A DNA stretch of 64,000 nucleotides from Octopus sinensis (GCF_006345805.1 NC_043004.1:6820001-6884000), one strand, 5' to 3'; shown: positions 13,784 to 26,062, counted from the first letter of the stretch. The notes: generated from the sequence alone by a model not told the origin. Numbers and translations are program-made.

Positions 13784-13970
13784 ATATATATTATATATAT
13801 ATATATATATATGTACATATATATGAATGAAGAGATCTCTATACAGGAAATACAATCTCAATCTTGCTTCTCATGCAGGGATGCATGTCATATGTTTGTG
13901 CATGCATGCGCGTGTGTGTGTGTGCATGCACGCGCATGTGTGTGTGTGTGCATGCATGCTTGTGTCTGAG
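13660..13970. repeat. (TA)n and alternating (TG/CG/CA) microsatellite tract
   Basis: Directly visible. Confidence 0.9.
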
Positions 13971-14137
13971 AGAGAACATGTGCGCAAAAGGAAAAATAAA
14001 TTTTTCCTGATGACACAAGCAGATTAGACTACTGCGGAAAGATCCTACTGTTCAGCGATCCCTGTCCTCCTCCACAACTGGACAGGTCCTGTGCTCGCCG
14101 TGGCATACAACATTAATCTGGAATTCACTGATATAAG

Positions 14138-14249
14138 CTACGTCCTTGTCTCATCTATAACAGAAGACTCCTGGGACACAAAAGCAACATTCAGAGGGCG
14201 GATATCTCCCCCACCACCACCACCACCGCCACCATCGATAGAGGCTTCC
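14138..14249 (-). CDS. Probable last coding exon of an unidentified gene: (x)EASIDGGGGGGGGGDIRPLNVAFVSQESSVIDETRT*
   Basis: Very strong acceptor (TTTTTTTTCTTTTCTCCTTCAG), phase-2 start, non-repetitive GC/CpG-richer sequence, TAG at 14138-14140. The other two frames give implausible peptides. No homology recognised. Confidence 0.5.
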
Positions 14250-14441
14250 CTGAAGGAGAAAAGAAAAAAAATAAGAAAAAAAAGAGACAGAATACCCTCT
14301 GCAGCAGCAGCAGATCAAAATATTCACAGGCGCGTGTGCGTGTGAAAGGAGACAAACAAGGGAAGATCTTAATTTGCATAATAACAGGGAACCAGTATGT
14401 GTGCCTTGCTTCTCTGGAGAATCTCACCAGTACACAAATAG

Positions 14442-14473
<32 letters not shown>

Positions 14474-15077
14474 GTGTGTGTGTGTCTGTGTATATATGGC
14501 TACACAACTAGACAGACACGCGCACACAAACATGAGGATATAAACCAGTAAATGTATGCGTTTGAGATAAACATGCACACACACACACAACATAAATGCA
14601 GGCAAACAAGCACATGGAGAGATAACACATACACACAGATTTGTATGCATAGATACATACACACACACACACACACCCAGAGTAATAAATAAAGAAAAAA
14701 AGAAAACAAAGATCTAAAGTGGAGATGGGAGAGAGCGTAATGTGGTAGGGGTAAAGTGAAAGAGAGGAAAGTTATAAAGAGAGATAGAAAATGGAAAATG
14801 TCCTTTTAAAAGTAAAGAAAGGAGTTAAGGGAAAATGTGAAAGTAGTAGTGGTAGGGGAATGATTTTGGGGGTGGTGGTCATGAAGTGAGTTAGAGCTAG
14901 CTGACAAGAAGATGGGGTAAAAGAATCAGCCAGGAGCAAGAGAAACCAGCATATCTTTGGCCTAACTTGTGTGTGCAAGCGTGCATATGCACTGCTGTAG
15001 TATAACTAGAATGGGCAGGGCAGGAGAGAGGGAGGCAATATAATAAAAGAGGAAATATATGACAAAAAGAAAAACAA

Positions 15078-15112
<35 letters not shown>

Positions 15113-15683
15113 AAAAATATAAAATAATAAAGAAAGGCATCATATAAAAAAAAAAGAAAAAAGGGAAGCTCCACTACCAGGGTAGGAGTCTTGTCGAGGA
15201 GTAAGATGCCTATAAAAACACTGGCGTACGTAATCACCTTGACGTTAAAGACAAAAAACAAAAATAATAATGAATGAATAAATATAAAAATGAACAATAA
15301 AAAAAAAAAGTAAAAAGAAGGGAAACTTAAACTTGAATAAGAGATGCTGGGAAATACACAGAAGTTGAATAATTATATTGCACTGGATGGTGAGGGTGGT
15401 GAAAAAAATGATAAATGATTTTTGGAGGAAAAATGGAAAAAATGAATGGTAAAAACAAAAAAAAAAAATCAATTTTGCAAATAGAGTTGACTTAAATATG
15501 AAATGAAGAGACTATTGGGTGAAAAAAAAATGACATAATAAAGGGTTATTATTAATATTTTTACAATTATTATTACAACTAACACTAACTACTATTATTA
15601 TTTTCATCTTTGTCTCTCATCAGGCACCCTGGTGGCAAATAAAATAAATCATCATCATCATCATTATTATTATTATTATTATT

Positions 15684-17644
15684 AAGAAAGCAAGCTGGCA
15701 GAATCGTTAGCACATCGGGCAAAATGCCTTGCAGCATTTCGTCCGTCCTTATGTTCTGAGTTCAAATTCTACCGAGGTTGACTTTGCCTTTCATCCTTTC
15801 AGGGCCGATAAATGAAACACTGGAGTTGATGTAACCGACTTAACCCCTCCTCCAAAATTTCAGGGCTTGTGCATACAGTAGAAAGGACTATTATTATTTG
15901 AAGGTGGCGAGCTGGGAGAATTGTTAGCACAATGGATTCAGGGTCAATAAATTAAGTACCAATGAAACACTGGGGTCGATGTAACTGACTTTACCCCTCC
16001 CCCAAAATTTTAGGCCTTGTGCCTACAGTAGAAAAGATTATCATTATTATTATTGAAGGCGGCACGCTGGCAGAATCGTTAGCATGTTGGACAAAATGCT
16101 TAGCGGTATTTCACCCAATGCTATGTTTTGAATTCAAATTCTGCAAAGGTCAACTTTGCCTTTCATCCTTTCGGGGTCAATAAATTAAGTACCAGTGAAA
16201 CACTGGGGTTGATGTAATCAACACATCTCCTCCCTACCAAATTTCAGGTCTTGCGCCTACAGTAGAAAGGATGGTTATTATTATTATTATTATTATTATT
16301 ATCAGGCAGTGAGCTGGCAGAATTGTTAGCACACCAAGCAAAATGCTTAGTGGAATTTCATCCTTTTGGGATCAATGTAGTTAATTTACATCCCTTCCCA
16401 AAAAATGCTGGTGTTGTGCTAAAATTTGAAACTATTACTGCCATTATTATCATTATTAAAAGATGGTGAGCTCGCAGAATCATTAGCATGCTGGACAAAA
16501 TGCTTAGCAACATTTCTTCTTGCTTTGTGTTCTGAGTACAAATGCTTCTGTGGCTGTCTTTGTCTTTCATCCTTTTAAAATGATGGCAAGCTGGCAGAAT
16601 CTTTAGCATGTTGGATAAAATGCTTAGTGGGATTTTGTCTGCCTTTATGTTCTGAGTTCCAATTCCACTAAGGTCAACTGCCTTTCATCTCTTTGGGGGT
16701 CAATGAAATAACTAGTCAGTTGAGCACTGGGATTGATGTGATTGACTTACCCACTTCCTGAAATTGCCGGCCTTGTGCCAAAATTTGAAATCCTTGTTTT
16801 ATTGTTATCATCATTATTATTATTGAGGTGACGAGCTGGCAGAATCGTTAGAACGCCAGGCGAAATGCTTAGCAGTATTTCATCCATGTCTATGTTCTGA
16901 GTTCAAATTCTACCGAGGTCGACTTTGCCTTTCATCCTTTCGGGGTCAATATAATCAACTCGTCCCCTCCCTCAAAATGGCTGCCCTGGTGGCAAAATTT
17001 GAAATTATTATTATTATTATGCTTTGTGGCATATTGTCTGTCTTTATGTTCTGAGTTCAAATTCCGCTGAGGTTGACTTTGCTCTTCATCTTTTTGAGGT
17101 CGATAGATTAAGTACCAGTTGAATAGTGGGGTCGATGTAATTTACTATCCCCCTCCCCCAAATTCCAAGCCTTGTGCCAATAGTAGAAAGGATTATTATT
17201 ATTATTATGGAACCAGTGAACTGGCAGAACTGTTAGCACACAAGGTCAAAGTACTTAGTGCCATTTCGTCCATGTTTATGTTCTGCATTCAAATTGCACC
17301 AAGGTTGACTTTGGTTTTCATCCTTTAGGAGTTGATAAAATAAGTACCAGTTGAATACTGGGGTTGACGTAACCAACTGGCTCCTCCCAAAATTTCAGGC
17401 CTTGTGCCTATATCAGAAAGAACTACCACTAAAGCAGTGAGCTGTCAGAATTGCTAGCATGCTGGGCAAAATGCTTAGCAGCATTTTGTCTGTCTTTACG
17501 CTCTGAGTTCAAATTCTGCAGAGGTTGATTTTACCTTTCATCCTTACAGGATCAATAAATTAAGTACCAGTGAAACACTAGGGTTGATGCAATTGACTTA
17601 ACTCCTCCCTACAAATTTCAGGCCTTGTGCCTTTAGTAGGAAGG

Positions 17645-17679
<35 letters not shown>

Positions 17680-17680
17680 T
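15684..17680 (+). mobile_element. Head-to-tail nest of about 10 family-1 SINE copies, mostly separated by (ATT)n
   Basis: Copy starts near 15684, 15900, 16055, 16304, 16460, 16581, 16825, 17021, 17210 and 17431; several are truncated or internally deleted. Confidence 0.9.
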
Positions 17681-17718
17681 TTTATTTTTACTGAAGTATG
17701 CTTTTTCATTTTTATATA

Positions 17719-17758
17719 TGTTTCAGCCCAAAGGTTGTGGCCATGCTGCGGCACCACC
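17719..17758 (-). mobile_element. About 40-bp terminal fragment of the CR1-clade LINE
   Basis: TGTTTCAGCCCAAAGGTTGTGGCCATGCTGCGGCACCACC matches 33256-33295. Confidence 0.65.
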
Positions 17759-18299
17759 AGTATACAAAAAATTAATTAATTTCAAGGCAGTAAATTTAGC
17801 AATGCAAATAAATTTCAATTTAGAAGATCTAGTTTTATTTACTCAATGAACATGGAATTGAGGAAAAAGAGAAATCCTGTAATAACTTTAAAAAGAGGAA
17901 GGACTTCATAAGCACAGTAGTGGTGGTGGTGGTGCTGCTGCTGCTGCTGGTGCTAGTAGTAGTAGTAGTAAGTGCATTTAGAAATAAATTCTTTCAAAAT
18001 GCCTGGAGGACTCCCAAGAAGTAGTTGAAAGCTTGCTTTTTCCGCTTCTTTTACCTAGGTGACCTAATTAGCAGAGGGAGAAGGATGTTTTGAAAGCATA
18101 GTGAGAACAGGGTAGAAAAAAAATTCAAGGAGCTGGCAACAAAGAGATCTTCCATTTGAGAGTGAAGGGCAGATTGTATGATGATTGTGTTGCGAGTATA
18201 ATGCTGCAAGATAGTTAAAGAAGGGCGTTAAATTTGGAGGATGTATGAAGGTGAGAAAGAAATCAGTTGAAAATGTTTCGCTAGATGTATTACATTATT

Positions 18300-18600
18300 G
18301 TGCATCAACAATGGAACATAAATGAGCGGGGAGAAAAATTGGATATGAAAGCAATCAGATGTATTGTGCATCTTTCAGAAACCAAGAGTATTCTAATAGA
18401 AGGAGACCTGCTGTAGGTGAAGAGCAAGGAAGACATATGAAGAAGTAGTGAAAGCTGATCTGAGGAAACTGAGCCTCCTAAAGGAGGTGACACAAGACTA
18501 CAACAAATACTGAAGTGCTGTATGAAACAAAACCTATTCAACCCATAAAAGTATAGGGGAAAACAGACATAATATGATGGTGGTAGTGATAATGATGAAA
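18300..18600 (+). mobile_element. Decayed RTE LINE C-terminal remnant
   Basis: Translates RKTYEEVVKADLRKLSLLKEVTQD, versus RKTWDEVVKHDLRTLGLTKEMSRD in the intact RTE at 51.7 kb; stops present. Confidence 0.7.
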
Positions 18601-19134
18601 AAGATTCTTTTACCATTGTAAAGGGATTGGTGAATGTATCTAGAAAAAACCTGCTTTTTCAGTTAAAATGTTCAGGAATACAAATTAGGGAGTCACTCTT
18701 TTAAGAAGTCATAACTCAGGTCAGAACATTTGAGAGACTGAACTATCAGATAATGTTAAATTCATGTAACGTTAAAACAAAGTGCTTTAAAGACAATGGC
18801 TGGATACTAAAGGTATTGGCTGATATATGTAAACCTACATAGCAGACATACAAACATGCCCGTTTTATCTATCTCTCCAAAGACTGGAAAAATGATGAAC
18901 AGACTTAATTGATTTTCAACCCTTATTGGGGTCTTATCAAAGGTGTCAACATAATTTGGCCAATCCCAGAGAAACAAGTAGCTATTATGTCTATAGATAC
19001 ACATCAAATCTAGTAGCTTCAAAGAATTGCTGTTACTAATTTGCATATAATTAGTGTTTAATTCTGAATTGAATATCTGTGGCCTATCAATAGGGAACCC
19101 ATCCCACACAGTATTATGGTATGATATAATATAC

Positions 19135-19368
19135 GAAGGCGGCGAGCTGGCAGAAACATTATCATGCTGGGCGAAATACGTAGCCGTATTTCGTCTGCCG
19201 TTACATTCTGAGTTCAAATTCCGCTAAGGTTGACTTTGCCTTTCATCCTTTCGGGGTCGATAAATTAAGTACCAGTTGTGCACTGAGGTCGATATAATCG
19301 ACTTAATCCGTTTGTCTGTCCTTGTTTGTCCTCTCTGTGTTTAGCCCCTTGTGGGTAGTAAAGAAATA
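19135..19368 (+). mobile_element. tRNA-derived SINE, family 1, tail A, with TSD
   Basis: Flanked by direct repeat GGTATGATATAATATAC(G) at 19118 and 19369. Confidence 0.92.
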
Positions 19369-19401
19369 GGTATGATATAATATACGTAAATGTGTGTATA
19401 T

Positions 19402-19732
19402 GAAGGCACATGACTCAGTTGTTAAAGTGCCAGGCTCACAATCACGAGGTAGTGAGTTTGATTCCCAGATCAGGCTGCATGTTGTGTTCTTGAGCAAGAC
19501 ACTTTATTTCATGTTGCTCCAGTTCACTCAGCTGTAGAAATGAGTGTCAAGCTGTAGTGGCCTTTGCCTTTCCCTTGGATAACATTGGTGGCGTGAAGAG
19601 GTGAGGCTGGTATGCATGGGCAACAGCTGGTCTTCCATAAACAACCTTGCCTGGACTTGTGATGTCTCGGAGGGGAACTTTCCAGGTGCAATCTCATGGT
19701 CATTCATGACCAAAGGGGGTCTTTATCTTTTA
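19402..19732 (+). mobile_element. tRNA-derived SINE, family 3
   Basis: Head GAAGGCACATGACTCAGTTGTTAAAG..GAGTTTGATTCCCAG, core TTCTTGAGCAAGACACTTTATTTCA; a related head is at 61564. Confidence 0.75.
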
Positions 19733-19932
19733 AAGGGGCATATAACACATATAAATATATCAATTTTACCTTTCTCTCTGTCTCAATTGAAAAAAAAATG
19801 AACACCCTTATTCGATTCACATCAGGTGTCACATCACTTGACCAATCCCAGAAAAAATGGAAGAGCAGATATACTGACACAGACATGTAATGCACATAGT
19901 TGATATACGTTGGTTGAAAATGTGTTATTCTA

Positions 19933-20187
19933 CAGTTCTATACTTAAGAGATGAGGAATTATCTACATTTGAAGGATATTTGTCCTCATCTTGTTTGTTG
20001 TTAACACGTTTTGGCTGATATACCCTCCAGCCTTCATCAGGTGTCTTGAGGAAAATTAGAACCTGGGTTCTCATTTCGAACGTATTTTTCGATGTTGTTG
20101 TTATTATTATTATTTATTATTCAGGTTACTGCCTGGAATCGAACTTGGAATCAGTAGCCAGCGCTCTTAACCACTATGCCATATGCC
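19933..20187 (-). mobile_element. tRNA-headed SINE with Penelope-type hammerhead-like tail, 12-bp TSD
   Basis: TSD TGTGTTATTCTA at 19921-19932 and 20188-20199. A-box TGGCATAGTGG, B-box GTTCGATTCC. Tail contains GACAC-CTGATGA-A-GGCTG..CAGCC-AAAAC-GTGTT. Confidence 0.8.
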
Positions 20188-20748
20188 TGTGTTATTCTAG
20201 TTGTTAGCCACAAATCTACTCTGATCAAAAGTAGTTTTTGTTGCAGCTGTAACTACACTTTTTATGTATAAATAAGATTATTTGTGTAATTTCTTCTTTA
20301 AAACAGTAAAATAGGATTTGAGAGATTTTGGCTGCTATTTTGGGCACCCAACTATGTAGAAACTGCATTCATTGTATCATGAAAAGATATAAAGTGAGGA
20401 GGCAGTATAGGCACTCGAGATAGAAGACCAAAGAAAGTTTTGAGAAGTCCTATTCTCATACCACATCAATGAAAGCAGATGAAACTGAGTGGGGAACAAA
20501 CTATATTATAAGTCCATCCAAAAAGGCCAAGATGATGATAATGATGGTGGTGATGTTTCAGTTTTATCCTCAATGTTTTTCTTTGACCATTTCAAGGTCA
20601 CAAGTGATCAGTTAAAGTAAAAATAATTAACAAACGAAACTATATTTGTAAGTAATTAAACACTAGTCAATGCAGATTACTTCCTAATACCAAAGTACCA
20701 TGTAAGTTGGCTATAGTTAGTAAGTTCACTCTTTTATATTCAGCTGTA

Positions 20749-20989
20749 ACTTGCAACACATACTTATATCATCATCATCATCATTTAGTTTCCATTGTCC
20801 ATGCTGCCATGGTTTGACCAGGGTTAGTAAGCTGAGGGGCTGTATCAGGTTCCAGTCTGATTTGGAATGGTTGGAGCCTGGTGCACACCTTCAGCTTATT
20901 AGCCCTGGTGAAACCATCCAACCCATGCCAGCATGGAAAATGGGCACTAAATAATAATGGTGATGATGATATAAGTATGTGTTGCAAGT
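20749..20989. repeat. About 240-bp imperfect palindrome of two head-to-head RTE tails with inverted flanks
   Basis: The outer 29 bp are perfectly inverted (ACTTGCAACACATACTTATATCATCATCA). The inner arms are diverged copies of the RTE 3' tail. Confidence 0.85.
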
Positions 20990-22359
20990 AAAAAATCATT
21001 TTGTAAACTATTTTACAAGATGATATTGTAAGGGCCAAGAATTTCAATATCCAAAAGTATTCTAAAAACATACTAGTCACTGTTAAATAGTATAATTGGA
21101 TTTTATCTTACAGATTGAGGAATATGAAATAAAATGTTGTGCACATGTTATTTTTTAATTACATACACCTATGCTTTTGAAAGACAGAACAAAACAAAAG
21201 AACATGTCACATCATGTAACAGTACTTCCTACATTAAGGTAAATTATAGATGTCATCTTTATCACTTAAATAATTTATAATTTTAATTAGTAATACTGAT
21301 GAAAATTTTATTAAATTACAAAAAGAAAGTGTTATTTCTTACACAAGGTACATAGCAAGAATAAAACTAAAGGAAATCCAATAATGTGTTTATCCTTAGG
21401 GTATAAGAGAATGGTTTAAGCAATACTTTAAAACCACTCCCTTGTAGTGAATACAACATGACTTTAATATATAGTCACACAAGTTCATGTAATAAAACTC
21501 AAGAAATATCAGTGGCAGAAATTATGCTTAGAATAAGTAGTAAATTATTTCACCAGTCTTCATTAACTTATTGTATTTACCTCACATGATTTCTATGTTT
21601 CTGTAAAGCTACATGCTAGCAGATCCATAAGCTGGTATGAGGTAACCAAGGAAACCATTTCAGTTGAATAGTGTAGTATTAAATTTACATCCTTGGAAAG
21701 TTCAAATTTATCCGTTCTTCAACAATAAAGTCCACCACACATAAGTTCTATCTTCCAAGACAATGAGGCCAATCACTGTACTTTTAAATTAAATACAGCT
21801 GTCCAAACTTATACCATTCCAAAATAATGGAATTACTCAGACAACGATGTCTAATCCAGGAGCATGTATTCATTTTGCAACTGGACTGATGCCATTGAAC
21901 AGCAGACTGATCTCGATTAGATTGCATCTAAATGTTTCACTAGACGTAAACTATTGAGACTGTAGGAGTGGGAGCACCCATCTGTTTATACAGACATACA
22001 TATACACAGCCACACATATACATACATACACAAAGCCACACACATACATATATACTCATACAAATATACACAACCACACACACATACACACACATGCATA
22101 CAAGTCTACGGGGCGATTGGGCCATAATGGATCCCTTCAAGCAAGATATCTTTAGTCTCATGTTTTACATTACCTGTACACCTTTCGACAAATATCTTGG
22201 CAAAGACTTTGCATTCCAAACACAACTTCACTACACCAAAACCTGTTTATGAAACAGACATTGCTTCAATCCCTCACAGCAAGACATTACTATTTGAAGA
22301 ATATATTAGCCACAGTAAAGAAGCAGGATATTGGAAGTTATGCATTCTTGGTTACATTT

Positions 22360-23295
22360 TATCTTTGATCTGTTTTAGTCATTACACTGTGGCCATACTG
22401 GGGCACCACCTTGCAGAATTTCTTCGTCAAATGAACTGACCTCCACGACTTATTTTTTTAAGTCTGGTACTTATTCTATCAGTCTCTTATGCTGAACTGC
22501 TAAGTTACAGGAACACAAACACACCAGCACAGGTTGTCAAGTAGCAATGGGGGACAAACATACACACACACGATGAGCTTCTTTCAGTTTTCGTCTCCCA
22601 AATCCACTCACAAGGCTTTGGTCAGCCCAAGGATATAGAAGATACTTGCCCAAGTGCCACACAGTGGGACTGAACCTGAAACCATGTGGTTGGGAAGCAA
22701 GCTATAATATATATACATTTTGTTATTAGAAAATAATCTCATAAAAACATTCCCTAATGACATTATCAGTGCTAACCCCACTGATTGGTACTCAGTTTTT
22801 ACCTGGATTTAGCTGACCTTTATTGCTTGCATTACAAGAAGCTCAGTGTGGCTTAATATCTCTGCATGATCAAGAGCAAAGATCAATATCAGTTTATACA
22901 GGTCAAAGGAAAGACTATATATTTCACTATTCTTTTATTAGTTGTCATTTGAATGTGGCCATGCTGGAGCACCGCCTTTAGTCAAACAGATCAAGCCCAG
23001 GACTTACTCTTTGTAAGCCTAGTACTTATTCTATCAGTCTCTTGTCAATCTGCTAAGTTATGGGGGCGTAAACACACCAACACCGGTTGTCAAGCAATGG
23101 TGTGAGAAGGGAACAAACACAGACACACAAACATATACATATATATATACGACAGGCTTCTTTCAGTTTCCATCTACCAAATCCAATCACGAGGCTATAG
23201 TAGAAGAATCCTGCGCAAGGTGCCACAAAGTGGGACTGAACCTGGAACCTTGTGGCTGGTAAGCAAGCTACTTACCACACAGCCACTCCTTGCAC
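22360..23295 (-). mobile_element. Two SINE family-2 copies (about 22360-22705 and 22935-23295)
   Basis: Match 11983-12375 over head, core and tail. Confidence 0.85.
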
Positions 23296-23781
23296 CTATG
23301 TTTATAAATTAGCAAAAACAAATACAAGCAAAACTGATGTAGAACTCATGGCTTGCCAAAGAAACAGTAAGCAGTTATAGACTAAACATCCCAATTAATT
23401 TAATATAATAAGATTACCACAAAAGTAGTCAGTTATTACTCCCTTTATCTCTAACATCATACTTTGAGCGAAAACAAAGTTGTCTATTGATTTAATGCAA
23501 GTGCTACAAGCTCAGTACCTTGTTCTTTGTAAATTTGATTGGCTGACAAACTCAAACACCAAATCTAAACTCTGTGTTAGGAACTTGATGTTTGGTGAAC
23601 AATACACTCTCATAATGTTTCTCAAGAAAACTAACTCAATGCCTGTTAATCTACACAAATCCAAATGTTTCCTTCTAAACATTTGTATTATCCTACAGTT
23701 ACTACACTCTACTAGTTGGTTCAGTAACGAAGAAACAACCTTGCCAATCAATTATGATGGGTAAGAGAGAACCACACACCC

Positions 23782-23830
<49 letters not shown>

Positions 23831-25599
23831 GGGAGAGAGAGAGAGACTCTAGGTTTAACTCGGTTAAATATTCTTCAAAATGATGATTAGCAGATGAAGA
23901 CCATTAACAAAGAGAATATTTTATGTAGATTCTTTAAGCAGTCTGACAATTAAGATCTCTTTTTCAGACCAGCGATGTTTTTATATTATAAAGTATTTGT
24001 ATTTTAAATTATAAATGACTAGTAGCACTTTATTTTGTTTTCTGAAAATCTATGCAAATGGTGCCATTTAAAGTTTTGCTTTGATTAATTTTTGAAGCTG
24101 AGTTACAAGCCTGGTTAGAAAACACTTTTGAAATAGAATGGTTTCGCTTTCAGATAACTTTTCCAAAATTAGTAATTATGAAGTAGTGGTACCACATACT
24201 TTAAGATGACATTAAATGATAATAATAGGCAAATAGAAAAAAAAACAAACGTTACTGTCTAGGTTTATCAAGTATGTGGTTTTTCATAGAGTAAAATCAT
24301 TGATTCATTTCCTGTAATTTAATTAAAACACAACAAGAACGAGATATGTGTGAGTACTATCATTGTCATCATCACTATCATCATCAGCTTTATTTAACAT
24401 ATTTTGCATGTTGGTATAGGTTGGACAATTTGTAAGGAGTTGGAAAGCTATAAGACTGCGCCAAGCCCCTCAATATCTACCCTGGCATGGTTTCTAAAAT
24501 TGGATGTCCTTCCTAATAACAGCCACTTTAGAAAGTGTACTGGGTGCTTTTTACATGGCACCACCAGTAATGGCATCACCAAGTAACTTGCAAACAGTGA
24601 AAAAGTGTTGACTAAGCCTAATTTCAATGAGATAAGTACAGGTGAGGCTATGTGATTAAGAAGTAGCTCTCTTTCTTTCTTTCTTTCTTCCTTTCTGTCT
24701 CATGCAATTGTGTGTGTGTGTGTGTGTATGTGCACATGTATGTTTGTTTGCATTTGCGCTAACTTATACAAAAAAAATGTCATGACATCTGAGCAGTGTT
24801 GCTGTAGGCTCTTCTATCTGTAAATTGCCTGCTGGCTTTGCACCTTAGAGGTCGTGTGGAATAAAAGGTCGCTTACTTGAAAAACAAATAAGGATTAGTA
24901 TCAGGAAGAGCATTCATCTGTGAAAACAATGCTTTAATAACATATTTATCTAACCCATGCTAGCATGGAAAAACAGACGTAAAAACAATCTAATAAAAAT
25001 ACATAACAAATAAATGCAAAAAAAAATAAATATGTAAGTACTAAAGGCAACAACATGTCTAAACTTTCTTGTTATTTTCTTTTTAATGTATTTAAATTTG
25101 TGCAGACAGCTTAGCTTGCAACATATGATATGAATCAATCAGGCTACTTGTGTTGTCTGCAGCAGGCTTTAGATAATGCTAATCACCATAATGACACATT
25201 CGCCACAACAGGTTGAGCCTGGTAATGTGCGTGTGGTGTTCATATTTATTTGCATATGGAAAAAAACTATCATCACAATCGTCATTTACATCGTTTCACA
25301 TTGATTCTTCAGTCAATCTGTTTTCAGATTACTTTACACATTAAAGCAATTTTTTACATTCATTCTTAAATATAAAGCCTGAGTTGGAAAGTTGCATGAA
25401 TTTGAACTTTTGCATGAAATTCTTGGAACAGGTGTCTTACAACTGAATATTTTGTCTAATATTTGCTCAACCATGGAGTAAGCTCAAATCTTCAGCTAAA
25501 AGGAAAAAGAAGAGAAAAACCGTGTTTGACCCCATGAACAATGAAGAGATTAGTTTCCAGTACCCAGGACCAAACTTCAATATATAACAGTGAAAAATT

Positions 25600-26001
25600 A
25601 ATAATTCTATCTTTTGTCCATTACAAGTTTCAATCATTGGACTGTGGCCATGCTGGGGCATCACCTTAAAGGATTTAGCTGAAAAAAAAAAAAAAATCAA
25701 CTCTAGTATTTTTTAAAGTCAAGTACTTATTCTATTGGTCTCTTGCTGGACTGCTAAGTTATGGGGGACACAAACAAACCAACATCAGTTGTCAAATGGT
25801 GGTGAGGGACAGCCAAAAATACACACAGACGCATATGTACAAGACGGCTTTCACACAGTTTCTGTCTACCAAATTCCCTCACAAGGCATTGGTCGGCCTA
25901 GGGCTACAGTAGGAAACACTTGCCCAAGGTACTGCACAGTGGAACTGAACTTGAAACCATGTGGTAGTTGCAAAGCAAGCTTTTTAACCAAACAGCTATG
26001 C

Positions 26002-26005
<4 letters not shown>
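25600..26005 (-). mobile_element. SINE family 2
   Basis: Same motifs as the other family-2 copies. Confidence 0.8.

Positions 26006-26062
<57 letters not shown>

Noticed and set aside
14091-14345. Plus-strand ORF with poly-Pro and a basic tract
   Set aside because: No good plus-strand splice or start signals. The basic tract is just the antisense of the minus-strand polypyrimidine tract.
18807-19217. 136-aa minus-strand ORF
   Set aside because: It starts inside a SINE, the remainder has no recognisable motif, and the splice signals are weak.
23480-23764. Overlapping ORFs on both strands in unique sequence
   Set aside because: No recognisable domain and a poor acceptor context.
24877-24917. 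41-nt segment with a good acceptor and GTAAGC donor on the minus strand
   Set aside because: Lies within a (CAT)n-tailed retroposon copy; these are cryptic repeat-derived sites.
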